IMG/VR virus record: IMGVR_UViG_3300027749_000134
Location: 1 to 55,651 of that record
DNA: 55,651 nucleotides
Source: a virus
Taxonomy: Duplodnaviria; Caudoviricetes
Strand: one strand, 5' to 3'
Shown here in pieces: positions 16,054 through 26,700 of the stretch. How positions within the stretch are numbered: the first letter of the stretch is position 1; every line of letters starts with the position of its first letter. Under the pieces are notes generated by a model, which ran no database searches, was not told the DNA's origin, and was given only the letters and a program-made list of their open reading frames with translations. The translations under genes and the position numbers were made by a program.

Positions 16054-17532
16054 TTATCCCCAGAACTGATATGGTAATGGTGTTATACCATTAGTTATAG
16101 TTTCACCAAATTTCTCATAGATGTTTACAGGTTTTAAATTCAATGTTGATCCTACCTGATTAATTAATCCTCGAATAGTTGTAATATTTGTATTATTGAC
16201 TATTATAGGAACTGGTACAAATTTTTCAAATATGATATTCTTAGGTGAATCATTTTTGCTAAAAGCATCTCTACCCACCAATGTTGCCGACGTTATATTA
16301 TTTATTGTTGGGAATGGCGACCAATTTTCAGATACAATAATTTTAGGTATATTAATTAGTCCAAGAGCATTTTTACTTACTAATGTTGCTGACGTTATAT
16401 TATTTAATGTTGGTCCCGGAGCAAGTGTTTCAATATATACTACGCGATTATATCCAGGTGCAAATACATTATATGATATTGTAGCTGTACTTGCTGTGCT
16501 TATTGTTGTTAATATTGGCAGCGAACTAACATTACCTATACCTAACGCATTTCTAGTTGCACTAGCAGTATTAATTGTTAACGTTCCACCGGTTTGATTA
16601 TTTTTTCCTATTGATGTTTTAATAGATGAACCGATATCAACAACTATAATACTACCAAGTTGATTATTTTTTCCTATTGATGTTTTATATGACGAGCCAA
16701 TATCAATAGGTTCTATGGCCATACTACTAACATTTATCTGACCTAACGCATTTCTAGTTGCACTAGCAGTATTAATTGTTAACGTTCCACCAGCAAGTGT
16801 TTCAATATATACTACGCGATTATATCCAAGTGCAAATACATTATATGATATCGTAGCTGTACTTGCTGTGCTTATTGTTGTTAATATTGGCAGCGAACTA
16901 ATATTTGTTGGACCTAAAGCATTTCTAGTTGCACTAGCAGTATTAAGTGTTAACGTTCCACCGGTTTGATTATTTTTTCCTATTGATGTTTTATATGACG
17001 AGCCAATATCAATAGGTTCTATGGCCATACTACTAACATTTATCTGACCTAACGCATTTCTAGTTGCACTAGCAGTATTAATTGTTAACGTTCCACTGGT
17101 TTGATTATTTTTTCCTATTAATGTTTTTTCAGATGAAGAAGGGACAGTTAATGAAAAAACAGAAGACGACTGTGTAGTAATTACAAATTTAATTAATCCA
17201 GTACCAATTGTTAAGAAATTTGCAGCGCCAGTTCCTGTAGATAAAGCTATATTATAACTTCCATAGACAGTAAGTGTATTGACATTAAGCGTACCCTTAT
17301 CAATGGTTAATGCACCATCGGGGTAAATTACATTGAAATTTGCACAGGTAGCGGCGGTGTCTAATGTAACAGTCCAAACGCCTGTACCTACATTTGAATT
17401 TGTATCAAAATATACATCATCTAGATAAGTAGGAGCGCTAGCACCACCACTACCGCCGGAAGTAGCTGACCAATTTGTAGTAGCACTAAGATTCCATGTG
17501 CCATTACCGAGCACCCAATAACGATTGGCCAT
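16054..17532 (-). CDS. Tail fibre-associated protein with mosaic internal repeats
   Basis: MANRYWV.G.GTW...NWSATSGGSGGAS.P...DDVYFD N-terminus, repeat blocks, C-terminal QFWG. Confidence 0.7.
   Translation of the reverse strand: MANRYWVLGNGTWNLSATTNWSATSGGSGGASAPTYLDDVYFDTNSNVGTGVWTVTLDTAATCANFNVIYPDGALTIDKGTLNVNTLTVYGSYNIALSTGTGAANFLTIGTGLIKFVITTQSSSVFSLTVPSSSEKTLIGKNNQTSGTLTINTASATRNALGQINVSSMAIEPIDIGSSYKTSIGKNNQTGGTLTLNTASATRNALGPTNISSLPILTTISTASTATISYNVFALGYNRVVYIETLAGGTLTINTASATRNALGQINVSSMAIEPIDIGSSYKTSIGKNNQLGSIIVVDIGSSIKTSIGKNNQTGGTLTINTASATRNALGIGNVSSLPILTTISTASTATISYNVFAPGYNRVVYIETLAPGPTLNNITSATLVSKNALGLINIPKIIVSENWSPFPTINNITSATLVGRDAFSKNDSPKNIIFEKFVPVPIIVNNTNITTIRGLINQVGSTLNLKPVNIYEKFGETITNGITPLPYQFWG
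16420..17125. repeat. Near-identical in-frame mosaic DNA repeats
   Basis: About 16420-16620 matches 16792-16992 (offset 372); about 16660-16790 matches 16966-17096 (offset 306). The TASATRNALG block occurs 4 times and the IGKNNQ block 4 times. Confidence 0.85.
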
Positions 17533-17596
17533 TTAATATCCTTAACCTAATTGATTTATAATAGAATCTATGACAATCAAGGATATCACAGATAAA

Positions 17597-19822
17597 TTAT
17601 CCTTTTATTACTAATCTACCATTGGAAAAACCTTGGGCTGTATAAGCAACGTTATGTAAACCACCTACATAATAGATACGATTATCACTAGCAACCACGT
17701 TACAGAATGCTGTATATAGTCTTGCTCCATTACTATACATGCTTGTACCATAACCCATAGGCGAGTTAGCAATCTGGTTGGTACCAGAATTCATTACAAT
17801 TGGCAATCCTGCTGCTATTGGTCCTGGACCTGTTGCATATATAGGATGTGGATAGTTGAATTGAGCTCTTACAACATAACCGTTGGCGGCAAGTGCTGAA
17901 ATACCAGTCTTCTTAGGACTAATCCAGAATTGTCCTCTAACTGGAACAATATTAAGATCGCCACGATAATCATATATAACACCAGTGGATCCCATAGCAG
18001 CACTAGCTACTGGTAAACCAGCAGCAGCACCAGGTAAGAATGGAGTTATAGAAGTAGTTACAGTGCTCAATGTGGTTGTACTTACCTCATATATAAATCC
18101 AGGAACAGTAGATGACCCACCAACTGCAAGATAAACCCTATTAGCCGCATTATCAACATAGAAGCTAGTTGGAGCATCTGATGCCGCCGCTGTTGAACCA
18201 AGAGGGAATTTAGGATTGTATGTTCTAATTAATTCATTGCCTGTATCAGCAAAATATTTAGAAATGTACATATGATTAGCGGTTGCTGATATTACACCAC
18301 CTTGAGAAGCTATATACACGTTGCCAAGATAGTCAGGCACAGGAGTACCAAGACCAGATGCTACTGCGGTTGCACTACTAAGTGTATATGTACTCGATTG
18401 CAAGAAATTAGATCTTGCAAATGAATATACTTGCATCAAGTTGGTCGAAGATGTTCTATGTGTGGCATAGATATATTTCTGATCAATGGCCAAGAATGCT
18501 GTTCCTGTTGTAATAGCAGCACTTGCACTAAAGGTAGGAGCAAATGTCTCAGTATCAATGGCCACAACACCAGTGGTTGTGGAAGCATAAATTGTTCTTT
18601 GTCCATCATGCACAATATCCCATACTGATCTATCAGTGGCTAAGTTAGTATATCGTTGAGTAATACCGGAGTTTTGACCTTGACTTGCATCCCAGGTATA
18701 AACACCCTGGTTAGTGGCCATCCAAACGGTAGAACCTATAGCAATTACTTTTCCTACAATAACAGAACCGGCTTGTCCATAGACAGCAGTAGTACCGGTT
18801 GAGAAGTTAGTATATGAAGCATTGTTCCATGATTGTTCACTGCCGCCATTTAATGGTAATAATAAACATTCGGTGCTTGCACCACTAGCACTTGGCCAGC
18901 CGCCTGTACCGTCAAGGTTGACAAATGTAGTATCTAATGCACCGCCTAATGGTTTAGTAATGCCCACATTGTAGGCTCTACCCACTGGCATAACTTTAAG
19001 CATGGCATCTGCTGCTATTGGACTTACGATAGTTTTTAATGTATCCCAACCATAAGCCAATGAAGATGTGGAAAAGTATCCCGATCCGTAATATGAACCA
19101 AGATGTAATTTGTTTGGATCAAGTGAGGTAGGTTGTGTAATGCCCTGTGTATAAATTGGAGGGAACATTCCTCTATTGGTTGTAGGAGCATAAATTCTTG
19201 CCGCTGCTGCACCAACAGATCCGTCTGGTGCTCTTGGGAACGCCATCATGATTTGACTGTAAACAGTTTCATTAAATTGTCCGTATGGACTACCAAGCAT
19301 CAAACTATTTGTCCATGCCCAACATGGTACTGGACTACCTGTAGTAACGTCTTCGCCGGCTACACGTTCAAATTCAAATACACCAGTCCACATACCTGGT
19401 TCACTTCTAATAAATGTCCAAATTATGCAATGTCTAGCTGTAGCAGATACAAGGATAATACTATCTTTTAAATCATAGTTTTGTGTAAATGCTCCAGCAC
19501 CATGCCATGTTTCATTGGTTGGAAGGTGAGCAGAGTTATCCCAACTTTCACAAGATGACGTATTAATTGTCAGGGTCATTGCATTAATACGTAGAATAAT
19601 GTATTTGTAAGTAACAGCATCTGCATTAAGTACACGATACACATATGTACTTATAGGGGTAAATGTATAACCTGCTGAACCTGCAATTGTAGAATCATAC
19701 AGCGTCCATCCTCCTTTAACCATACCCTGGTTAATGGCGACGATGATGTTAGAAGAAGTAGTTTCATTAGAAACGTTAATTCTTAAACTATTTGTTGTAT
19801 ATGATGATGTTGTTACTGTCAT
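17597..19822 (-). CDS. Putative virion structural protein (C-terminal half beta-propeller-like)
   Basis: 741 aa, S/T/G-rich, short beta strands (VWMATNQGVYTWD, IYASTTTGVVAID, GNVYIA). Preceded by TATAAATA. Confidence 0.55.
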   Translation of the reverse strand: MTVTTSSYTTNSLRINVSNETTSSNIIVAINQGMVKGGWTLYDSTIAGSAGYTFTPISTYVYRVLNADAVTYKYIILRINAMTLTINTSSCESWDNSAHLPTNETWHGAGAFTQNYDLKDSIILVSATARHCIIWTFIRSEPGMWTGVFEFERVAGEDVTTGSPVPCWAWTNSLMLGSPYGQFNETVYSQIMMAFPRAPDGSVGAAAARIYAPTTNRGMFPPIYTQGITQPTSLDPNKLHLGSYYGSGYFSTSSLAYGWDTLKTIVSPIAADAMLKVMPVGRAYNVGITKPLGGALDTTFVNLDGTGGWPSASGASTECLLLPLNGGSEQSWNNASYTNFSTGTTAVYGQAGSVIVGKVIAIGSTVWMATNQGVYTWDASQGQNSGITQRYTNLATDRSVWDIVHDGQRTIYASTTTGVVAIDTETFAPTFSASAAITTGTAFLAIDQKYIYATHRTSSTNLMQVYSFARSNFLQSSTYTLSSATAVASGLGTPVPDYLGNVYIASQGGVISATANHMYISKYFADTGNELIRTYNPKFPLGSTAAASDAPTSFYVDNAANRVYLAVGGSSTVPGFIYEVSTTTLSTVTTSITPFLPGAAAGLPVASAAMGSTGVIYDYRGDLNIVPVRGQFWISPKKTGISALAANGYVVRAQFNYPHPIYATGPGPIAAGLPIVMNSGTNQIANSPMGYGTSMYSNGARLYTAFCNVVASDNRIYYVGGLHNVAYTAQGFSNGRLVIKG

Positions 19823-19867
19823 GAGTTTTCCTATTATGTTAAAACAGACTAAGCTGTAAATTTAATG

Positions 19868-19875
19868 TATTTATA
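19868..19875 (-). promoter_or_regulatory. T4-type late promoter TATAAATA
   Basis: Exact consensus in the intergenic gap upstream of 19822. Confidence 0.6.
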
Positions 19876-19896
19876 CCTAATAATCAGTTTTTAATA

Positions 19897-20733
19897 TTAA
19901 ATTGGCTGGTATAATACCTGTACATACAAGTCTTCGCCCGGTTGTGCGCCGGTTCCTACAGATAAAACGTTAACTGTTAGGTAATCTCCCGTGGATAATG
20001 AGTAAGTAGTTGTGTTTGTTGCTGTAGTTGTTGCTTGTGCTTGAATGGTTTGTGAAAATAACGAAGTTCCATTTTTTAATAAATTTAAAGAAATAGGCAA
20101 ATCCGCAGAAGTTCTAACCCTAGGAGTTACAGATGTTATAATAGAGTTAGTAGGCGAATACCACCTTGCTGTACCTGTATATGTTACTAACTTTCCAGGT
20201 TGTTGCAATGTAATATTATTACCCCCAAGACTACCTGTGTATCCTATATAACCACGGGGTCCAGTAGTTGATGTCACTTGCCACGTTGTTCCATTGAATA
20301 CAAATTCAAATGTGGAACCCTTGAGATCTAAACTTATATCTTCGGTTAAATTTTCAATGGTATTACCATTTCTTAATACTGTAATTGGATATCCGTTGCT
20401 AAAATCATTACCATCTGTGATCTGTATATATGATCCTGTATATGCACCGCCGGGCAATGAAATACTAAATGATCCAAACTTATTATCTGCAATAATTCTA
20501 TCACCATCTCTGGCTGTATAATTAGTGGATGTACTAAACCATGGATTTGTAGCAGATCCAGTTAGTCCTGGCTCACCTTGACTACCAGTATAACCAACAC
20601 TACCTGTATATCCTATAGTAGTACTAATAGCTTTCCAAAATCCACTAGGACCACCGGTCCATACCCATGTACGGTCTCCAAAGGTAAAAACGTATCCGGT
20701 TGCGGTTGTTACTGGGAAATTAATAGCTGTCAT
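19897..20733 (-). CDS. Tail fibre protein with short collagen-like segments and a T4 proximal-fibre-like domain
   Basis: MTAINFP...TWVW...W, GYTGS repeats, YTARDGDRIIAD...ISLP...ITVLRNGNTIE...FVFNGTTWQV. Confidence 0.7.
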   Translation of the reverse strand: MTAINFPVTTATGYVFTFGDRTWVWTGGPSGFWKAISTTIGYTGSVGYTGSQGEPGLTGSATNPWFSTSTNYTARDGDRIIADNKFGSFSISLPGGAYTGSYIQITDGNDFSNGYPITVLRNGNTIENLTEDISLDLKGSTFEFVFNGTTWQVTSTTGPRGYIGYTGSLGGNNITLQQPGKLVTYTGTARWYSPTNSIITSVTPRVRTSADLPISLNLLKNGTSLFSQTIQAQATTTATNTTTYSLSTGDYLTVNVLSVGTGAQPGEDLYVQVLYQPI

Positions 20734-20755
20734 GTTTATATTTATTAGTCTGAAA

Positions 20756-23700
20756 TTACCTGTTAGATAATTTTATTGGTGGTACAAATACCTGTGATGT
20801 ATAACGTGCTACACCTTTGGTTAAACGTACATCTTCCATGTATCCTTGGAAATAGTTAGGAGTGGCAGTACTTGTATTTAGATTACCAACAGCCACTGAT
20901 GGGAATGTATAATTATACGTATCTGTTTGTGTACTAACAACAAAAATACCATTGATAAACACACTAGTAACTGCATTCTGTCTTGCCACTGCAATATGTG
21001 TCCAAGTAGATGTGCTAATACTTAAACTTGTACTTGCAGTAGAAGTAGCCACTGTAGCATTAAAATATGAAAGTCTATCAGAATTGTATCTTAAACTTCC
21101 GCCGGCGCCAGCGCCACCGTGATCTAACAAATATGTCAAACTAGTATTCCATGTTGAACTTGTTGGATATATCCACATTTCCCAGGTAAAATCATTTGAT
21201 CCATATACGAACGATGTACTACTTGTAGCAATTAAAACATCAGAACTTCCATTGAAACTTAGACTATACTGATTATATTTCGTTGTTAGATTAGAAATAG
21301 TATATGTAGTTGTATTATTTGTTCTAATTGTAGTATTACCTGAATAATCAACTGCCTTGCTGTCGGTGAAGTTTAACAACAAGTTAGTAGGATTACCAGA
21401 ATACAATGCTAATGGTATCTGTGATGGATTAAAGGTACTATTGTATAGTGCAGTTCCTTTGATAATTCTAAAGTTAGACATATAACCATACAAGTATTCA
21501 TTGTATGTTGGAGCCGTTGTATACTGTACTGCTCCTATAGTCAATGGCGAGACAGTATCTACTACGGTAGCCACTGTGGAATATACACATACTCCATTGA
21601 GATATATATTGACAGCAGTACCATCATAAACATAGGCAATATGATTCCATACATTAGGCGGTACAATTGTAGTAGATATATATTGTGTACCATTATAAAA
21701 TGCTATATAACCAGTAGTTATAGCAAGATATCCTTCGTAGGAAGTATCAGCTGCACCGCTGGTATTTCTCTTAGCAAATAAAGCATTATAATTAGTATAA
21801 TTTCCAGGATGATTTAACCATAACTCAATGGTCCATGGTCCACCAGCAATATTCAATGAAGTTGTGTTAGGGAATATCATAACACTCTTGCCATTAAAAT
21901 ATCCACTTAGATTATTTGTAGAGAATGGTGAATATACCGTTGTCTTAGGTGCACCACCGGCTACTAAAGTGCTAGAATATTTTGAGTTATCCTTAACATA
22001 TTCATCCTGCAATGTTAACAATGATGTTTTGATAGCAGTTGTTGCTGGGAACGTTACCGTATTTGTTAATGTACCTACGTTCGATGTAGGAACACCAATA
22101 AATGATCCAAGGTAAAGTGCAGCATCTTTTACAACTCTAAGATTACTCATGTATCCGTTGAAGTTTTCAGAAGTATTTAAAACTCCACCTATAAAGAAGT
22201 TTTCATTGCTATCTGATATAATTGCTGATGTTAGATTACTAACAGATGATGTAGTGATAGCACTAAATGCATTAACTGTATCAGTTATAATGGTTCCTGT
22301 GCGTGTGTCATTATAAGTATCTTTAATGTAGTAAACATAAATCTTATAATTTGTACCTGCAAGCAATGCAATTGTTTCAGATTCTTGAGCAACATTGTTT
22401 ACATCGTCTATGGATATAGTTAAATTATTTCCAATTTTAATAGCATGAAGTCTAAAATTATTAGATGCAATAGCAGGATTAATAGCGTAATAAATTAAAC
22501 GTCTAGCTATAGGTAAATTATATGTTGCATACCACGCCCATTCAGCTGCCTGTGTGTATACCATGGTACTAAGATTAATATATCCCATGCCCAAATAACC
22601 AGTAGCTAATCCAATTCCATTAAATCCAATACTAAATTCAAAATCACTGGCATTAGTTGCACCAAATATATATGTAGATGATGTAATAGTAGTTGGATTA
22701 TTGGTCAATACTAATTGTGTAACTGGTGATCCAACAACCTGTGTTGTGGTCAATGTAGTAAACGAAGAAGTTGTAAAAATACGATTTCCATTTACATACA
22801 TACTTAATTGATGATAATCACGAAGAGTATTATATGTATAAGCAACATGATTCCATGTACCAGTGGTCAATGCAGTGGTAGAAACTTGAAAATTTTGATT
22901 AGATCCATCATAGGTAGTAAATGCTAGATAACCATTACTTGCATTTAGATATCCCTGATACGAAGTTGATGTATTTGAAGGAAGGATTGTTCCAAATGGT
23001 GATAGTACCGAAATAGTAGGAGAATTGACTAATGTTATTGATGCAGTATTATAACTATGATCAACTACCGTTGTTTCTGTCCCTATAAAGTTTGCAGTCA
23101 ATAATACCGTTGATGATGTTTCGTATACATATCCAGTGTAGATATATGTAGCATTAGTTGCCACTGATACAGGAGTAGTTGCAGTATTAGCTATACTTAG
23201 ATTATTTGTACTATTATCTACAATAATATTAGATTGTGCAGTTAATAACTGTACATAACTTGCTGTAGTAATTGCAGCAGTACCTGTACTACTAATTTGT
23301 AAATTTTCAAAAGGTGCAGTCTGTGGTGTAAATGATGATTGATACAATGCTTGTCCACTAACTATACGAAGATTAGATACATATCCTTTTAGATAGGTAG
23401 AAGTGGTACCATTATTATAATAATTATAATATCCAATATAACCAATATTGTTAGGATTTGAAAAATTCCAATCATTTGCGCCTGCTGTAAATGCAACTAA
23501 AATACCATTTTTAAACAATGAAAGTTCGTTGCCATTTCTAACCATGGCAATGTGTGTCCAAGTAATTAGAGGAACTCCTGCACCTGCGCCAACTATTAAA
23601 TTAGTAGTCCATGTGCCAGCAGCATCACTATTAACGCTCAGTGAATTAATATCTTGTCCAAGATTTAAATACCATCCTGTGGCATTATAACCATAAAACC

Positions 23701-26700
23701 CAGTAGGTGTTCCATAGGTAAATTGTAAAGGTTTTCTAAATTGCCCACTGGTGTTTGGTCCACCACTAGCACTAGTACCACTGGCAAATATAAATGACAA
23801 GGCACCTGTTCCGGCAATATTAAATCCACCGCCTTGTCCAAGAGGCGCAAGTGATGAATATACTAGTGTATTAGGATTAGCGATTGTATTAGGTGTTGTG
23901 CTTGAATCTGTTATATATGTGCCAGAAGATGCTACTTTGAGCAATAGTGAAGTATAGCTTGCAGTTGATATGGCTCTTATACCTGATAGTACACCAAACG
24001 GATTTAAAACACTATATGTAGCTGGAGAACTACTATTTGTAATACCAGTTATTACACCACTGCTATCTGTTAATATTGATCCACTATCACTGGCCAACAA
24101 TAATAATTTTGTATTATTAACAGTAGTTAATGGTGAAGTAGGTACACTGCCTGTGAAAGGACCTGTATAATATCCAGTGCCGACTATTAATCTAATATTG
24201 GTAAGATAACCTGTAAAATATGCCAGCCATCCACCAATATAACGTATCTGTGTAAAATTAACAGTGTTAGAAACGCTGCCGTTGAACGCTCCATTTAAGT
24301 ATATAGTCAAAGTTCCAGATATTCTCACCACTGCTACATGAGTCCATGCATTAAGAGTAAGGGCATTAGTACTACCTAAATAATCAGTAGTACTATAGTT
24401 TGTTACATGTATTCTATTGCCATCACTTTGTGTTTCAATACTCAAACCGCCACCTACTCCACTGGTTATGAACTTGGTAAAGTTTGCCATATTTGCAGTA
24501 GGGTAAATCCAAAACTCAATGGTGAAATCACTGGTACCAACTGCTAATCGACTGTCTACAGGCAAGATTATGGAGTTGGCGCCGCCTGCAAATGATAAAC
24601 TACCACTTGTGTTTGTCAGAGCGCCAGATTGAGTGGTATTTAATGCACTTGTAGGTATGGTAAAGTTGCCAACATAAACTGCTACTCCCTTTACAATACG
24701 TAGATTTGTTACATATCCATTTTGATAATAGGTATTGTATGCACCCATGGTAAGTGCATACGAAACAGAAGACTGCGGAGTTCCGATAATTGCTGTTGTA
24801 GTTTGTGCAACACCATTTACAAACAATGTAATACCACCCGAAGTCTTGGTCATAGCAATATGAGACCAATAGTTAAGAGGTACCGTATTTGTAGAAACTA
24901 CACTTTGTCCTCCGGCAGTTCCTTCATAGTAATAAAAACGAATTTGTCCTGTGGCGCTACCAATACCAAATGACCAATAATTTGTAGCAGCATTGAAGGC
25001 CATATTACCAACAGTGGTTGGTGGGGAATTAGTGGTAGCAGAATACCAACCAGTATACGTAGTTGGATATATCCAACATTCAATGGTATAATCAACTCCA
25101 GATGTATACCAATCAAACAATGCAGTTGAATAAGCTGTTGTTAGATACTGATTCGTACCATTAAAATACAAACTACCACCACTAATTCCAGTACTTGCTG
25201 GCAATCCAGGATATCCCCCAAGTGTATGCCATACTCCATTTTTACCAATCCACTGTTTATTTGTAGTTGGATTATATGCTACATTTATTACATCACCTAT
25301 TACATATGCACCTAACGCACCGGGTTGTAGATTATCATTAATATAGATATTGCCATCGTAGAGATAAATTCCAGAATAATTAGCACTACCAGAAACACTG
25401 GCTCTGGCCAAGCCAATTACAATTCCTTTATTTCCTGTTGTTGCAGTTATAGCTATTTCTAAATAGTAATTCTTATCTTCCAACAATGCTGTGGTTCTTG
25501 CACCACCAGAGGAAGATTGTATACCTATTGTAAAGGCACCAAACTGCCAAGTACCTGTGCCACCAGCTGACATCAATGAATAATCAGTTCCACTATCTTC
25601 CCAGCCCCAGTTTGGTGTTGAACTGCTTGTGTGTGAATAAGTAGAACTAGCTACTGGTACATAGTTAGGGCTAAGAGGAGTTGCTGTTCCAAACAGCACA
25701 CTAGCAGTAGTCGAATACCCAGACAAGTATACCCAAGCTTCAACTGTAAAATTAGTACCAGTTGAGAAACTAAAGGACGATGTTGATATCTGCAAATATT
25801 GACTGCTTGTGGTAATATTAAAAGCAGCACTATAGGTAGGATAGAATAATGTTGGATTAATAGTGGTACTAACAGTGGCTGTATTAACATTTATTGGCAG
25901 AGCTCTAGTGCTATAATCTGCGATAAGATTATATTGTGCTGTTAATAAAGATACATTGCTGGCGGTGGTGATAGCAAGAATATTTGTTCCACTATTTTGT
26001 GTGGTCTGCAACATCTGTGACGGTGCTGTAAAGTTGCCTGTGTATATTGCTTGTCCTCGAACAATACGAAGATTACTCAAATACCCTTTATAATTAGTAT
26101 TTCCATAAAATCCACTTGCTCCTATATTCAATGTTTCTGCAACACCACCGTCTATAGTTGATATATTATTCGTTGTACTTGATAATGTTCCGTCAACATA
26201 TAGATTAAATGTTGAGCTACTTCTAACAATAGCCATATGATGCCAAGAACCATCATTCAAATTAGTAGCAGTTGAAATTAAGTCTGTTCCTGTGTTATTT
26301 TTGCTATTAAAACTTAAACTACCTGTTAAATTTTGTTCATTGGATCCATTAAATGTAATCATCCATGAATTAGTTGATGCGGTATATGTAGTACCAGTTC
26401 CGTTGCCCATGATTTTTGAATTAGAAGTTGAAGTTGAATTCATCCAAAATTCAATGGTGAAATTATTACTACCCAAGGCTTGAACAGAACTAGTTGATAA
26501 CGATATTGGAGAATTATTAAAATTTATACTACCGCTAGCAGGCAAAGCAACCTGACGATATTTAGTCAATGGTGCTGTGGGTACTGTAAAGTTACTGGTA
26601 TAAAGTGCTACGCCGTTCATTGCACGAACATTAGATATATATCCTGCAAACTTATATCCAGTTTTTTGTCCACCTATGTAAGTATTGCCTATTGATAAAT

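Noticed and set aside
16420-17125. CRISPR array or DGR template/variable repeat
   Set aside because: The repeats are in-frame coding blocks without unique spacers, the mismatches are not confined to adenines, and no reverse transcriptase or cas genes occur in the window.
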